From assembly GCA_026770705.1 (NCBI GenBank), contig JANJGN010000002.1:67766001-67830000 (forward strand): a stretch of 64,000 nucleotides of DNA, given 5' to 3'. Source of the stretch: Isurus oxyrinchus. Taxonomy: Eukaryota. Below the pieces are notes generated by a model. It saw nothing but the letters and a program-made list of their open reading frames with translations. It was not told the origin of the DNA and did not search any database. The translations under genes and the position numbers were made by a program. Shown here piece by piece: positions 63,703 to 64,000 of the stretch. Numbering within the stretch: position 1 is the first letter of the stretch; each line of letters starts with the position of its first letter.

Positions 63703-64000
63703 GACTACAGACCAGTCAGTCTAACCTACAGGCCAGTCAGTCTAACCTCAGTTGTGGGGAAATTATTGGAAGTAATTCTGAGGGACAGAATTAATCTACA
63801 TTTGGAGAGGCAGGGATTAATCATGGACAGTCAGCATGGTTTTGTTAAGGGGAGGTCATGCCTGACCAATTTGATTTAATTTTTGAAGAGGTGAGCAGGT
63901 GTGTAGATGAGGGTAATGCATTTGACGTGGTCTACTTGGATTTCAGCAAGGCTTTTGATAAGGTCCCGCATGGGAGACGGATAACGAAGGTAAGAGCCCA
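63703..64000 (+). mobile_element. CR1 RT fragment running off the window
   Basis: YRPVSLTSVVGKLLE..QHGFVKGRSCLTNL..DVVYLDFSKAFDKVPH. A ~23-bp tandem duplication lies at its start. Confidence 0.9.

Noticed and set aside
1-64000. CRISPR array or prokaryotic defence operon
   Set aside because: There is no regularly spaced repeat-spacer array and no operon-like gene density; the recurring short motifs are dispersed TE ends in vertebrate DNA.

Overview
Eukaryotic, repeat-saturated intergenic or intronic DNA, most likely from a cartilaginous fish (shark). The basis is a SacSINE1-like DeuSINE plus abundant CR1, L2-group and Penelope elements. I recognised no intact host protein-coding gene, rRNA, tRNA or CRISPR, and nearly all ORFs in the track are TE remnants or chance frames. 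The window is a stack of nested, decayed mobile elements: CR1 LINEs, a single-ORF L2/CR1-group LINE with a tRNA-like head and its bipartite SINE, Penelope elements with hammerhead-ribozyme repeats, Gypsy elements and solo LTRs, and PIF/Harbinger Myb/SANT elements and MITEs. The most notable observation is a two-LTR Gypsy element (12422-20219, minus strand, interrupted by a CR1). It retains PBS, gag, protease, PPT and both LTRs. In place of RT/RNaseH/integrase it carries a ~109-codon segment that resembles the coiled coil of vertebrate CLIP1/CLIP-170, a probable host-gene capture. All homology calls are by eye and from memory and need database confirmation.
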